The position numbers and the translations under genes are program-made. From Eledone cirrhosa (taxonomy: Eukaryota), in the NCBI GenBank assembly GCA_964016885.1, contig OZ024743.1, forward strand, positions 116,622,001-116,686,000: a stretch of DNA of 64,000 nucleotides. Reading direction: 5' to 3'. Under the pieces are notes generated by a model. That model was given only the letters and a program-made list of their open reading frames with translations, had not been told where the DNA came from and made no database searches. How positions within the stretch are numbered: the stretch's first letter is position 1; each line of letters starts with the position of its first letter. This document shows, piece after piece, positions 1-13,150 of the stretch.

Positions 1-1931
1 AAGATATATGCCACCGTGGACGTGCTTTTTGCCACACATCAGGAGGCAAAGGCTCAATCCTTAGTGACACTAAGGAGCGTGGAAATGGTGTTGGTGCCCT
101 CCTACTGCGGATCGCTGCCATGCACAGCGACATCTGCTCTGTGGTGAGAGTGAACGGTCACCTTTCGGAACCGTTCAACATCATGCGCTCGGCCCGCCAA
201 GGATGTCCCCTCTCGTCCCTCTTGTACGTATTGACTCTCGAGCCATTACTGCACAAACTGGAGACGTTGAGGGGCGTCCCGAGCGAACTAGGATGCGGAA
301 GATCCGTGTCAGCATATGCGGACGATGTCCCCGTAATGGTGTCGAACGCCACACACATCGAGGCGATCGGCACTACACTAAGAGAATACGAAGCGGTGAC
401 AGGAGCAATGATCAACGAGGAAAAATCAGTGGGCTTGCAGCTCGGCACCTGTAGAGGCAGGTCCATGCCGTCCAACAGTGTCGTCGGACGCTGGATGGAC
501 GGACCTGTTAAATTGCTAGGAGTCTGGTTCGGTCCGGACCTCCAGACGGACAAAAACTGGGACGAGGTGACGAGCAGGGTGGCTTCTCTCACCCAGAAAT
601 GGGCGGAGAGTAAGCTATCCCTGAAAGGTCGCGCGGAGGTGGCTAACGCATGCATCGCGTCTGTCATCTGCTACCGCCTGACCGTCGTACCTTGTCCTAA
701 GCCCCGCCTGACTGCGCTGGAGCGTTTGCTCTTTCGCTTTTTGTGGAAGGGACGCGCTCCGATGGTCAGGCGGTCCATTTGCTGTCAACACTCGCTACGT
801 GGACGGCTGGGAATGCCGTGGCTGATGATGCGCAGACACGCGCTCAGGCTACGACATCTCCACCTCTTCCTCGACGGTGATCAGGTGTGGTCGCCGTTTG
901 CTAGACACGTATTTCCCCAGCTCGTTTCCTTGACGGAGCTGTAGTCCTGGGTCAAGCGAAGACCGAGAGGGAGCGCTTGGAGACTGGAATGTCTTCAGGC
1001 GCTCACAGCCCTCGACCAATCGGCGCAATGTGATCGGTGGAAACTCCACCTCGGCGTTCTATAGAGGATTCGTGGAGGGGAAGAACGACGACGTACTTGG
1101 GGAAACTCTAGGCGTCGACGAAAATCAACTAGCCAATCTCTTCGGAAGGACTTTCGGGCCGGGGCCTATGGACAACTTCCAGAAATCCCTGGCCTGGCAG
1201 TGCTATCGAGGAGCCTTGCCAGATCGGGATAAACTCTACAGGCATGGAGGTGCCGTCAGCCGGGCATGTCCGAGATGCGCGCAGGGCGAAGAAACCGTCC
1301 TGCACGCACTCGTCCAGTGTCCGAGCATTGCTGACTTGTGGGTTTATGTCGAACGCCTGCTGTCGCGTGTAGGACGGATCCGGCTATCATCTGAGTCCAT
1401 CGTGAGGATTGCCCCGCCCTCTTCCATTAGCCGGGAAGGGCAGGCAGTTTTTATCTGTCTGGTGGCTATGGCGAAAGAGATAGTATGGTGGACACGTTGG
1501 AAAGGCTGAAGACGAGCACTTACCTCTTCGGTGATGCCCTGGTTGACTTTTGCAAATTTCATTGGAAAAGAAAAATCAGAGTAGAGAGGGAAGTGCTCTC
1601 TTCCCAGCATTTTGTTGAAAGATGGGTGAGAGAAGCAAGAATGGCCCGAGTGAATGAGCCTACTCTGAGTATGTGTCTGTAAATTAAAGGTGGAAATCTC
1701 GGAGAGGGCACTTGCCTTGGTGGTCAGGGTCACTGTGGTCTTTTAATGGGCTTTCTCCACAAATGTCCCTCCGAAGTCTCCCCCCTATTGGGGAATTTTT
1801 CATTGTTATTTTTTTGTTGCATCCTCTGTTTTTGTTTTTTACCCGAAGAAATGCCCATTTGTACCGTCCTGTATTGTCCTCCACTGTCCTTAATGTCTAC
1901 TTTATGTAAACCCTTGTGGTTAATAAATAAA

Positions 1932-1933
<2 letters not shown>
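1..1933 (+). mobile_element. L1/Tx1-clade non-LTR retrotransposon, 3' portion (continues beyond window start)
   Basis: ORF2 remnants with RT motifs RQGCPLS and SAYADDV, then LSLKGRAEVAN and the C-terminal CPRC..EETVLHALVQC motif; 3' UTR ends AATAAATAAATC abutting (ATT)n. Confidence 0.9.
120..1682 (+). pseudogene. Tx1-type ORF2 (RT plus C-terminal cysteine motif), disrupted
   Basis: ORFs 120-944, 1030-1509 and 1485-1682 are consecutive parts of one protein broken by a stop and frameshifts. Confidence 0.85.
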
Positions 1934-1972
<39 letters not shown>

Positions 1973-1973
<1 letters not shown>

Positions 1974-2248
1974 TTTCAGTCTCAATCATTGATGTTATTT
2001 AACTGGAAAGTTTGTTAAAATGAATATCAAACCGCTACCTGCAGCCTCAGATATTCAGGACGTATCGGAAGGTTCTTGCCGTTCCCAGCAAGCATGCCTT
2101 TTGAAGTGCTCCAAAAGGCGGGGATTGACTAATCTTCTTTAACCATCCTTGGAAACTCTTTGAAATAGTACCTAGTGCGCCTATGTCAATCGGGACGACC
2201 ATGATTTCATGGCAGTTCTAAATCCTTTTTAACTCCCAATTTAAGTCC
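1973..2248 (-). mobile_element. R4/Dong-like retrotransposon, short 3' fragment
   Basis: Highly similar to ~3056-3355 (3' end of the longer copy); bounded by (ATT)n at 1934-1972 and 2249-2271. Confidence 0.85.
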
Positions 2249-2271
2249 TATTATTATTATTATTATTATTA

Positions 2272-3023
2272 CAGTTGCATTTATCTTTCTTTATGTTCAT
2301 ACGAGTTATCACCAAGTCACAACCAGTGAGCTCAAGAGACAACAAGGTCCGCTATGTTCAAGAAAGAACATACATACTCACACATGCATCTTTAGTGTTT
2401 AGACTTGTGATGTACTTATATTGACAGAATCTTCCTTAGTATATGGGCAGTTCCCATTAGTACTATCTTTTGTATTTCTCCTATACGCGGGTTTCCTGGG
2501 ATTTGCGATAAGTAATCAATAGATCCCTTACGTATCATTCCCAGAGCGCCTACAACCACTGGTATTGTTTTAGTTCTCAATTTCTACATTTTTCCAATTT
2601 CTATCTCCAGGTCCTTATACTTGCTCAATTTTTCAAATGTTTTTATAGATACATTCTTGTCTATTGGAACAGACATATCAATTAGCAGTCATACCCTCTT
2701 TTTAAAGTCCTTCAATATTATATCAGGTCTATTTGCATCTATTGTTCGGTCTGTTTGGATGCTAGAGTTCCACAGGATTGAGATGTGATCGTTTTCAAGT
2801 ATGGGAGGTGGTTGATGCTCCCACCAATTCTTTTGATGGGGCAGGTCAAAATGCTTACACATTATCCAATGTATGTATTGTGCAGCTCTGTCATGCCTGT
2901 ATAGGTATTCGGTTGGAGCTATAGGACTGCACATTGAAATTATATGGTCAATGGTCTCTGGTTGTTTTTTGCATACACGGCATAATGGGCTGCATCCATT
3001 TTTTATTATGTTGGCTTGGTAAT
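2272..3023 (-). mobile_element. R4/Dong-like retrotransposon (second family), 5'-truncated, RLE domain
   Basis: CRVCKKQPETIDHIISMC knuckle, RHD, NRPDIILKD, downstream KYKDL and IPVVVGALG motifs; (TAA)n on both sides. Confidence 0.88.
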
Positions 3024-3055
3024 TTATTATTATTATTATTATTATTGTTGTTATT

Positions 3056-4478
3056 CCTTGAATCTCAGTCATTGATGTTGGTTAACTGTAAAGTCCGTTG
3101 GAATGAATATCAAGCCACTACCTGCAGCCTCAGATATTCAGGACGTATCGGAGGGTTCTTGCTGTTCCCAGCAAGCATGCCTTTTGAAGCGTTCCAAAAA
3201 GCGTGAAGGGGCCGATTTTCTTTAACCATCCCTGGAAACTTTTGGTTTAACCATCCCTGGAAACTTTTGGAGATAGTCCCCAGTGCGCCTATGACAATCG
3301 GGATCACTTTGACTTCATGGCAGTTCCAAATCCTTTTCACCTCCCACTTTAGGTCCTGGTATTGGTTAATTTTCTCCCTCTCCTTCTCTTGCACTCTCGT
3401 GTCGAACGGGCAGGCCACATCCACAATCAGACACGATCTTTTTTCTTTGTCCACAACCACCAGGTCAGGTCTATTGCGTTCCAGTTTTTTGTCCGTCTGT
3501 ATCCTAAAATCCCACAGCACCTTCACCTGATTGTCCTCCATCACCGCCTCTGGCCTTTGCTCATACCATTTCTCAGAATGTGGTAAATTGTTTACTTTGC
3601 ACAGCTGCCAGTGGATCACCCTGCCCATCACATCGTGTCTCCAGCCCTTATAGTGGCTCTGGGCTAGGTGTTTACACTCGGACACAATGTGAGCCACAGT
3701 CTCCTCTCTCTCTCCACAGATCCTGCACAGTGGGCTAGCCTCCTCCTTGTAAATATGGTGCTTCAACCACTTCGTTTTGAGGGCCTGCTCCTGCGCAGCC
3801 ATTAGCATTCCTTCTGTAGCCTTTTTGAGGTCTCCTCTTCTCAACCAGTTCCATGTCTGTGGATCTCTAAATTCAGTTTTCTCAAAGAAGGTACTATGAA
3901 GGGATTTTCCCTTAAGGCTGCTCTTCCTCCTTTATGTTATTTCCTCCTTGGACATCCCCTGGCCTACTGTCCCCTCCTTCAGTACAGTTCTGAGCATTGG
4001 CTCCTTACTATAGGTCACGTATTTGTATAGGTTGTTTTTCTCCATCTGAACACAGTCCTCTATGCTGATAAGACCTCTTCCACCCTCAGATCTCCTTAGG
4101 TAGAGTCTATCGACATCACTCCTCTTGTGGAACATGTTGTAGATAGTCAATAGCTTCCTAGTCTTCCTATCCATTTCTTTTTGTTCAGCAACATTCCATC
4201 TCAGAATTCCCGCACTGTACCTAATAATAGACACAGCTCGGGAATTTACTGCGCTTATGGCATTTCTGCTGTTCAGATGTGACTTCAATAGGCTCCTAAC
4301 TCTCCGAATGTATTCAGTTCTTAACAATTCCTTCATTTTTTTGTTCTTTATGCCATCAGCCTCCAGAACGCCCAAATACTTGTATCCTTCCTCAGAGTCA
4401 ATTTCCTTTATCATCTCACCTGTTGGTATCTGGATCCCGTTACTTCTGCTCAACCTACCCCTCCTCATCACAATGGGG
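3056..4478 (-). mobile_element. R4/Dong-like retrotransposon, 5'-truncated (RT C-terminus, CCHC knuckle, RLE)
   Basis: YKYLGVLE, RLYLRRSEGGRGL, AAQEQAL, CRIC..EETVAHIVSEC, RHD, NRPDLVVVD, IVDVACPFD, IPIVIGALG in ORFs 3932-4726 and 3110-3844; (TAA)n at both ends. Confidence 0.92.
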
Positions 4479-4511
4479 ATTATTATTATTATTATTAATC
4501 TGGGCCTGGTG

Positions 4512-4562
<51 letters not shown>

Positions 4563-4576
4563 TTATATATATATAC

Positions 4577-5182
4577 TTGGTTAATCCAGGTTGGGGAAAA
4601 CTTATCAGTACTCCACCACCATGCCAAAATAGAACATAGGGGCACATTATATAACATAGAGATAAAACTTATATCCAGACACAGAAAGGATGTAATGCTC
4701 AGACAAATCACAGAGACGACAAACATAAATAAACTCTAACCAAAATTAAACAGAAAACATGAGTGGAATAGCAATATACCAACAAGTAACTAAGGTCAAA
4801 ATGAAGACATAAAGACACACAAAAAAAAACAAAAAAAAAACACATCACACACACACACACACACATATAAAGTAAACAACCAACTAGTGACACGTAAATA
4901 AACACATACATAAATAAACACACACACACATGGATGTAACGCATGTGCACACTAAACACAAAAACAAGATGGTATAGAACAGAGAAAAGGAGAGACAAAA
5001 ATAAATACCTAGTCACTGAGACGGTCGCAGAATATGTAACGAAAGAGCTTTGACAATATATAAACAACAATCCGGTTATCGAACCAACCAACCAACAAAC
5101 CAACCAGAAATTGATAATAAATTGAAGTAAAAACTAATACGTGTGTGTTTTTTATTGGCAGCATGACCCTCCCAAAATATAA
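4577..5182 (+). mobile_element. Non-coding PLE pseudo-LTR-like element with degenerate hammerhead (~5012-5054)
   Basis: 4940-5182 resembles 17575-17868; gtca-ctgagacg-gtcgcagaatatgtaac-gaaa-gagc-tt-tgac. Confidence 0.6.
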
Positions 5183-5184
5183 CT

Positions 5185-5367
5185 GTTTCTACTATTGGCA
5201 CAAGGCCAGAAATTACCCAGTACATTACTGGTACTTTATTTTATCGACCCCGTAAGGATGAAAGCCAAAGTTAACCTCGGCGGGATTTGAACTCAGAATA
5301 GCAAGGGCCGTAACTCTATGCATCAAAGCATGGCGTCCGACCCTCTACCGATACTGCCAATCCACCA
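5185..5367 (-). mobile_element. tRNA-derived SINE (Nin-like central domain)
   Basis: Minus strand: A box TGGCAGTATCGGTAG, B box GAGTTCAAATCCC, core CTTTCATCCTTACGGGGTCGATAAAATAAAGTACCAG; near-identical copies at 30388-30571 and 61839-62051. Confidence 0.85.
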
Positions 5368-5399
5368 ATAACACTATATATATATATATATATAAATAT

Positions 5400-5560
5400 T
5401 GTTGGAAGGGAAATGTGATTAAATTGACCTCTGTTCGTTACTGGTACTTTATTTTATCGATCCTGTAAGGATGAAAGACAAAGTTAACCTCGGCGGGATT
5501 TGAACTCAGAACGTAAAGGGCTGTAACTCTCTTCCGCAAAACATATTGTCCAACACTCGA
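5400..5560 (-). mobile_element. SINE, same superfamily
   Basis: ctggtacttt..atcga..gtaaggatgaaagacaaagttaacctcggcgggatttgaactcagaa. Confidence 0.8.
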
Positions 5561-5574
5561 CCTCTATCTTCTTC

Positions 5575-5790
5575 CACTTATTCTTAAGAAGGGCGTGGAG
5601 ATAGTGTCTTCAAACACTCCTTCCAGCAGATCCTGTCAGAAGCAACCGTCTCCAATTGTCTGGTTGGATCCCCAAGTGAGACCAGCCGATCTCATGGATC
5701 TCCTGCTGGTTGGTGTTGCCTGTAGGATCTGTCCAGCGATTTTTTCCGCGGATATTCTAACTCCACGCTTGTAATATCGGATCTACGATC
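5575..5790 (-). mobile_element. RTE-like LINE extreme 3' remnant
   Basis: Degenerate translation resembles the C-terminal R..G.P..W.D...A.DR..W motif of RTE ORFs. Confidence 0.45.
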
Positions 5791-6289
5791 TATCATTTCT
5801 AAGAAGTAGCTGTGATAATAATTCTTGAGAAACCTCATCATGTGAATATGGCATAGTGTGTCTGTAAATGAGACTTTGTATGTAGTTGTGTATGCATTTG
5901 CATCCGTATGTATGTGTATATCTACATTAATAAATTTCCATATGTGTACATGTATGTTGGGAAATATTATCATATCGGTGCTCGTATAATAAAAGAGTTT
6001 CATTTTATTATACGAGCAACAACATTTCCATCTTGGAAGTAAACGTGAATGATGTGAACATTTTAATATCAGGTTTAGTTTTGATTTTAAATATGCAAGA
6101 TTACAAATTGTTGTCTATAAGCTTAAATTAGAAATCTCTATTAATCACTATTACTTATCAAATAATGGGGACATCACACACTCTTTGTTAAAAAAAAACC
6201 TGAAGAATCAAACTGATTGATACAAATGCATTTGCCATATTTTGTGTTTCCTCAAATACTGATGTATACAGCAGTTGTAAAGGCAGAGA

Positions 6290-7012
6290 ATAACTCACTT
6301 GTACTTTATTTTGTCGACCCCAGAGGAATGAAAAATAAATTTGATTCATGGTGAGATTTGACAGAGAAGATAAAGAGCCGTACTTAATACCAGACCTCCA
6401 CCCTCGTGTGGCTTTACATTTTTTTTTCTCAAAGAGAAGAAAATTTTAAATCCCGGATGAAACAAGAGCAACAGCAAAAAACAAAACAAAGATTACAAGG
6501 CCACTTACTTTTGCTTTACCTTCATCTTACAGTGCATTTTTCATTGTTTAGCCATATATCTCTTTCCACATTAAATCATATACAAGGCTTCAAGCAAACT
6601 ATATTTTATAATTTTTCAAATTTATGCATAGAGCTGGGAATTTAAGCTTGGGAACAGTAAATAACTGGTAATTTGTTTTAATGACCCTGTAATGATGAAA
6701 AACAAACTTGACCTCGATGGTATTTGAAACAAGGATATACAGGACCGTAACTAAATGAAACAAAGCATTTTGTCCAGCATGATAAAGCATTTTGCCAATC
6801 CTCTGCCATTGGGTTGCTTCAAATGATTTTCAAATTTAGGCAGGAGGCTCGTAGTTTTGGAAAACAAAGATGTGGATTATATCGGCCCCAGTACTTAAAT
6901 GGTAGTATATTTTATCGACACGAGAAGGATGCAAGAAATAGTCGACTTCCGTGATATTTGAACTCTGAAAGCAAAGGGCCATCTGACACTCTAACTATTC
7001 TGCCAATCAACC
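6290..7012 (-). mobile_element. Cluster of three decayed SINE copies (~6290-6400, ~6650-6805, ~6825-7012)
   Basis: Each retains ctggta..ttt(a/g)tcgac..g(a)atgaaa..aaa(g/c)ttgac..atttga core. Confidence 0.7.
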
Positions 7013-7419
7013 AATCGTGTTTTGCATCAAATAATAAACAATTTACTAGACTACAATTGAGAACCTCTAGAAAATAAAATAACTAAAGAATGGCACTCTT
7101 GAAGATTCTAATAGAATTTATGACTCTATAAAGCTTTTTGCAACAATAACGCCAGTAACAATATAAACAAAAATAACTCTAATCGCATAAATAATAACAA
7201 TAGAAAAGAATATAATCTACAAAAAATATATAGGCATGGAAGTATTAAGCCAAATAAATACATTATCAAGAATTCTATTCAGTTTTCAAACCTACGCAAT
7301 ATTTCAATAATGAATAGTCTACATATTTTTAGCGGTATGTATAGATTGATACATATAACCACATTTGTGTATACACGAATACGTACATACATATGCATAC
7401 ACGCACACACATTTGTATG

Positions 7420-7680
<261 letters not shown>

Positions 7681-8159
7681 TTTTATATGTAAGCAACTAC
7701 CACACCCCTTCCAACTTGACCGCGACTACGGCACGATTTTTAGCCATTTTGAAATGAATTCTTGGCGCGATCGCTTTGGAAAATTTTATGTCTAGATATG
7801 AGCGAGCTTCCTACAGAATCCAGCGCTCGAGTTTATATAATTATTACATAATTATTGGAAAACTCAAAACACGGACGAAACCATGGTAGAGGTTTTTAAA
7901 TGTATTCTATTTTCTCCTAGTATATTTGAAACCTAATTCTGCTTAGTTGACTATATCTAGGCGATTACGCTGTCGAAATATTCGATAAATATTCCGCTAC
8001 GGCCGTCGCGAAGCGCTAGTTTTGGTTATTTGTCGGAGATTCCTTCATAGAAGCCTCATTCGTATAGCCTGGTCTATTCGATTTTTTATATAGTTAATTA
8101 TGCTAATTGGGAGAGGAAATAGTATATATTTTATCTTGTGATTCTATAGACATGTTTTA

Positions 8160-8222
<63 letters not shown>

Positions 8223-8833
8223 GACACACACACATATATATATTATGTATGTATATGATGAACTTTCTCAATAGAAATTGCGTGTGAGCGCTCAGAAACA
8301 GAGGGCAAAATATAAATCACCAGGGCTCGTAAAAAATAAAATAAAATTATAATTCACAAAAGTTTGTAAATATAAAATAATCTATGAAACATTTAATATT
8401 AGTGGCGAGGAGATTCCTTTGTGAAACAGATCATGTCTCTATCTGCAAATGTTTTTACATGTTTTATATTTCCTTTCACGTGTGTTACTGTCTTGGAGTC
8501 CAGTCTTGAAGCCACCTGTTCTGGCGGCAGACTGCCACCCTTTGTTTAATAGGGAACATGCTCCAATCTTGTTTATCAAAACTATCCTACAAAACTACTC
8601 TTCATGAATTCAGCTACTTATTTACCTGCTTTGCAACTTGTCATCCCATAAACTGCTATATATTCAACTTAAACATCTCATGTGAAACGTAGAGTTCATT
8701 TGACTCCAATAATTTCCTCAGGTTTCATATCCATAAAATAATTTTTTCTAATTTAGGCACAAGGCCCGTAATGATTAAGGGAGGGGGAAGTCGGTGAAAT
8801 CCACTCATTACGTGACTGGATTTTTATTTCAAT

Positions 8834-11530
8834 AATGCTGGAATCGAGCTTGCCTGATGCCCCAACCTCGCTGGTCATCATAGCTCGGCTTAGGCGGATC
8901 CGGAAGATTCTGCGCCGGCTCCCTAGAGCGGCCAGGTTGCCGGTAGCCGATGCCCTTCCTTCCTCGATCGAGATTCTCTGGACTCCAATCGAGCCAGCCA
9001 CTAGGAGCGCCTCTTCTATTTCGCCCCACTCGCCCTCGGCCTCCCCAGCTCTGGCGATGACCGAGGCGGCCAGTCGACAGCAGCATTTGTAAAGGCCAAT
9101 GTTTCGTCCTTTCGGCAAGCGCTCGTTCCAAGCGAGCCGAAGGACGCCACAACCCCTGGTTGCCTCCAATCCTCCATCCCTGAGGCCAGCGCCAAGCGTT
9201 TGCGTGACCGCGTAAACGCTAAACTTATCATGGGTGATGTCAAGGCTGCAGTCAGAGTGGTTGCCTCAGAGGACACTGGCCTCCAAGCCACCGAGGAGGT
9301 CTTGGCTGCCCTGCGACTCAAGCAACCTGAGCCACCCGTTGACCTCCGACACACACACCCACACGATCCCCACCTGCTCCTTGTGGCTTTCGACGCAGAC
9401 ATCAAGTCTGCCATCAAGTCCTTCCCAGCTAGCAGCAGCGGAGGTGCTGATGGTCTCCGACCAGGCCACCTCAAAGAGTTACTATCCCGCCTCTCCGCTG
9501 AGGCCGGGCGCCGCCTTCTGAGTGCTATTATCGCACTTACCAATAGACATATCCATGGCAATCTGGATCTTCACTCCCGAGGCCTCTTTTTTTCGGCTAT
9601 CCTGACCGCTCTCAGGAAGAGGGTGGCATACGGCCCATCGCTGTGGGCAATGACTTCCGGAGTTTGGCTGCTAAGGAGGTCTGCAGGTCTATAATAACTG
9701 AACTGGGTGAGGAGTTCAGCCCGGTGCATTTGGGTGTCGGAGTGCCCGGCAGTTCTTCAATAGCTGCCCACCGGAGCCGGCATCCAGGGACTCCAGGCAC
9801 CTCATTGTCAAGCTTGACATGAGGAATGCATTTAACTGCATACGCCGGGACCATCTGCTCAATACCTGCCTCAGCCGAGCCCGCTGGCCTACTTGCTGCT
9901 GACACGGTCATATCTTCGGCTACTGGGGTCCAACAGGTTGACCTTCTGGGCCCCTCCTATTTGCCCTTGGTATAGACCACATCGCCCGGAGTATCACGGC
10001 CTATTCCAACGTTTGGTACCAAGATGATGCTACGCTGGGCGGGCCCGTGGAGACTGTCTGCTACAACCTTCAATTGGTGGTTCCTGCCCTGGCGGGAATC
10101 GGCCTCCAGGTCAACTCATCCAAGTCGGAGATGGTGAATGTCAGCTATGATCCTGAGAGCTATGCGGCCTCCGTCTTGGATGTGCGGTTCGTTCTCCAAC
10201 AGGTAGAGGTGACCCACAAAGGGGATGTCCTCACCCTCGGGTCACCGATCCACTCGCCGGTCATCCGTTCCACCATCAGGTCTAGCTCCAACAACTCCAG
10301 ACCCTCACGAGCCGAATAGGCTTGATCGACGGCCACACAGCTCTCTTCCTGTTGAGGAACTGCTTCGCGATGCCAAAGCTCCTCTACACCCTTCGCAACA
10401 CTCCGTGCTACAGTCACACATCTCTCCTCACTGACCTCGATATTTCTATCCGAGCGGCAGCTGAGGAGATATGCAACATCAGGTTTGACGAAATTGGATG
10501 GCAACAGGCCATTTTACCTGTCAAATTTGGTGGCTTGGCCTCCGGTCATCGATCTCGCTGGATTTGCCGGCGTTTCTTTCATCGATAACCTCATGCCGCG
10601 TCCTCGTCAGCAGGGTTCTTCAAAGCACAATAGAACAGTCTGTGTTCAGGGAACTTGAGGTCGCCTGTGAGACGTGGGACAGGCAGGGATTTAAGCCGGT
10701 AGAAGTCCCTCCTCCATCTCTTCTTGCTGACGTCAATTCCCCCCAAAAGCGTATGGGATGCCATCCATTACAGCCTGGCCTCAGACAGGCTCATGCGCCA
10801 GCTCGACCAGCACCGCATTGCATGTTTTCGCGCGGCCTAAAAAAAACCCATAGTGGTGCCTGGCTCCATGCCTTGCCCTCCCTCTCCACTGGCACGCAGC
10901 TGGATAAAGATATCTTGCGCATACGCGTTTCCTTGAGGCATGGACTCCGGATCTGTGAGCCACATAACTGTCGCTGTGGATCCACCATGGACTCTTTTGG
11001 ACTCCACCCACTTTACTGTTGCGACAGAGCCGGCCACCTTCCACGCCATGCTGCCGTCAACGAGGTCAATAAGCATGGCTGGACGCTACAGGCTCCCCTC
11101 TCAGCTCGAGCCGGTGGGGCTGGACCGAGGGGATGGCAAAGGCCCAGACGGTATGAACAACTTCCCGTTCCGCGGTGGCAACCCCCTCCTCTGGGATGCC
11201 ACGTGCAGCGACACTTTCTCCAGCCGCAACCTGGTGCAGTCTGCGACTAACCCAGGTACTGCTACACGTCGGGCTGAGGAGGCCAAACTCTCCAAGTACC
11301 GGTCGCTCTCCGACAGGTTCGTGGTCGTGCCCTTGGCAGTGGAGACTTCTGGTGTCCTTGCCCTAGGGCTACCTTCCTATTCACCACCATAGGCGCTGAG
11401 CTAGCCAGCCGCAGGTGTGAAGCTCGCGTGTTGGAAGGGTTCTTCCAGTGCGGCTCCCTTACCATCCTCCGGGGAAACGGGGCTGTGAGGAGGCCTGCAC
11501 GTGGGACTCGATTTGCTCACCATACGGATT
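8834..11530 (+). mobile_element. CRE-clade non-LTR retrotransposon (RT plus RLE), frameshifted
   Basis: GADGLRPGHL, GGIRPIAVG, KLDMRNAFN, GVQQ.D.LGP, WYQDDATL, WQQAILPVKFGGL, SGAWLHALP, CRCG..D..G.H...C, RHAAVN, LEPVGL.RGDGKGPDG, LLWDATCSD, PLAVETSG; GC-rich against an AT-rich background. Confidence 0.88.
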
Positions 11531-11711
11531 AATAGGCAAAGTTATAAACTATTGTAAATAAATGTTTTTAGACGTCTCCATACAAATCCCGATGAACATG
11601 AAACTTTCAGATTTAATGGAATATTTCCCAAGAAAAATAATAGCATTTTTAAGATGCTGAGCAATCTTCCCATAAATTGTAGGCTTTTCCCGTAACCCCA
11701 GAGCAATGATG

Positions 11712-11836
<125 letters not shown>

Positions 11837-11879
11837 ATATATATAGCACCTTGAACGACCAGTCTGTCGGGCGCCAGTC

Positions 11880-12098
11880 GGAGCCGATGGTTACAGCACG
11901 TCGTGCTGTTTTAGCCATAAGGTAACACCATCCCACTTGCTGGGCAAAAAGGCCGGTACCCATTTCTACAGCTGAGTAAACTGGAGCAACGTGTGGTGTC
12001 CTGCTCAAGGAAACAACACATCACTCGGTCCGAGATTTGAGCTAACAACATTTCGATTGCAAACCAAATGCTTTAACCACTAAGCCATGCGCCTTCAC
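11880..12098 (-). mobile_element. tRNA-derived SINE, second family (CORE-like domain)
   Basis: Minus strand TGGCTTAGTGGTTA A box, B-box remnant, CCTTGAGCAGGACAC..GTTGCTCCAGTTTACTCAGCTGTAGAAATGGGTACC; relative at 39982-40100 (+). Confidence 0.75.
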
Positions 12099-12159
12099 TT
12101 TATATATATATATGATTGACCTCGATGTCACGTGATTGATTCTTTTTGAATTTGCCACA

Positions 12160-12416
12160 GACGTAGAGGCAGTGATTTTCTCAATGGCTAGGAATCCAGT
12201 CCACGCATCGCTATTTCCTTTCCACTGAATTATTTTCTTTAATAAGTTTCCAGAGTCCTCGCTATGCCTGGAGACTTACACGGAAAAAGACTTTCCTGAT
12301 GACGGAATGATTTTCTAATGTTTCTTCGGAAAATATATTTACTCCATTCCAGAAACTAATTAGTTGGAAGTGATTTTTTAGTAAGTAAGGTAATTTTATA
12401 ATTTTCTTATTTTACG

Positions 12417-12422
<6 letters not shown>
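12160..12422 (+). mobile_element. Short non-coding HHR-bearing element ending in (TA)n
   Basis: Second copy at 61404-61663, highly similar over ~260 bp. Confidence 0.8.
12290..12371 (+). ncRNA. Type I hammerhead ribozyme motif
   Basis: ACTTTC-CTGATGA-cGGAATG...CATTCCa-GAAA-CTAATTAG(palindrome)-TT-GGAAGT. Confidence 0.75.
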
Positions 12423-12453
<31 letters not shown>

Positions 12454-12562
12454 TAAAATATAAAAATGTAATGTATATATATATATAACCCCACTCTCAA
12501 GAGCGTGAAACTAATAAACCTTTGTTCGTACGACCTCTCTATTTTATTCCCGTTTAATTGTT

Positions 12563-12621
<59 letters not shown>

Positions 12622-13044
12622 AGGTATGGACATAGAATAATGAATGCAAATGCAAAAGATATTGTTGACAATTAGTCTTTTACCTTAGATTTATTTAAAT
12701 GTCCTTAATTTTCGAGATAATATCTCTTCTTCGGAGGGAAGTAAAGCGGTTAAACCAGTGTTCTAAATAGCTTGCCAAGTCATGCTGACAGTAAATGGTA
12801 TAGAGTATCTGTTTATGTTTAATGTCAAAGAGTTAGGTTAGGTGGATAACGAGTAGTCTCCCTTTAAAAGGTTTTTTTTTGTACATGCCTGTTTAAGTGT
12901 GTGGTAGAATGCATGAAGGTGTAAGTATGTGAGTGTGTGTGTGTGAGTGTGAGAAGATATGTCTATACGTAAATGTGGGGGATACATGTTATCTCGTGTT
13001 AGAACTGGTCGTTGTGTGTGTGAGAAAGAATAAGTGGAGGTGTA

Positions 13045-13081
<37 letters not shown>

Positions 13082-13150
13082 CGTGTGTGTGTGAGTGTGT
13101 GTGTGCGTGTGTGTGATGTGGCTGGGTGTAAATATGAGGCAGAAGCTCTA

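Noticed and set aside
5185-5367. tRNA-like A and B boxes
   Set aside because: Spacing and downstream core identify SINE heads; no cloverleaf
7690-8160. CpG-containing segment between (TA)n tracts, possibly a DNA transposon end
   Set aside because: No TIR, ORF, ribozyme or second copy found, so it cannot be classified
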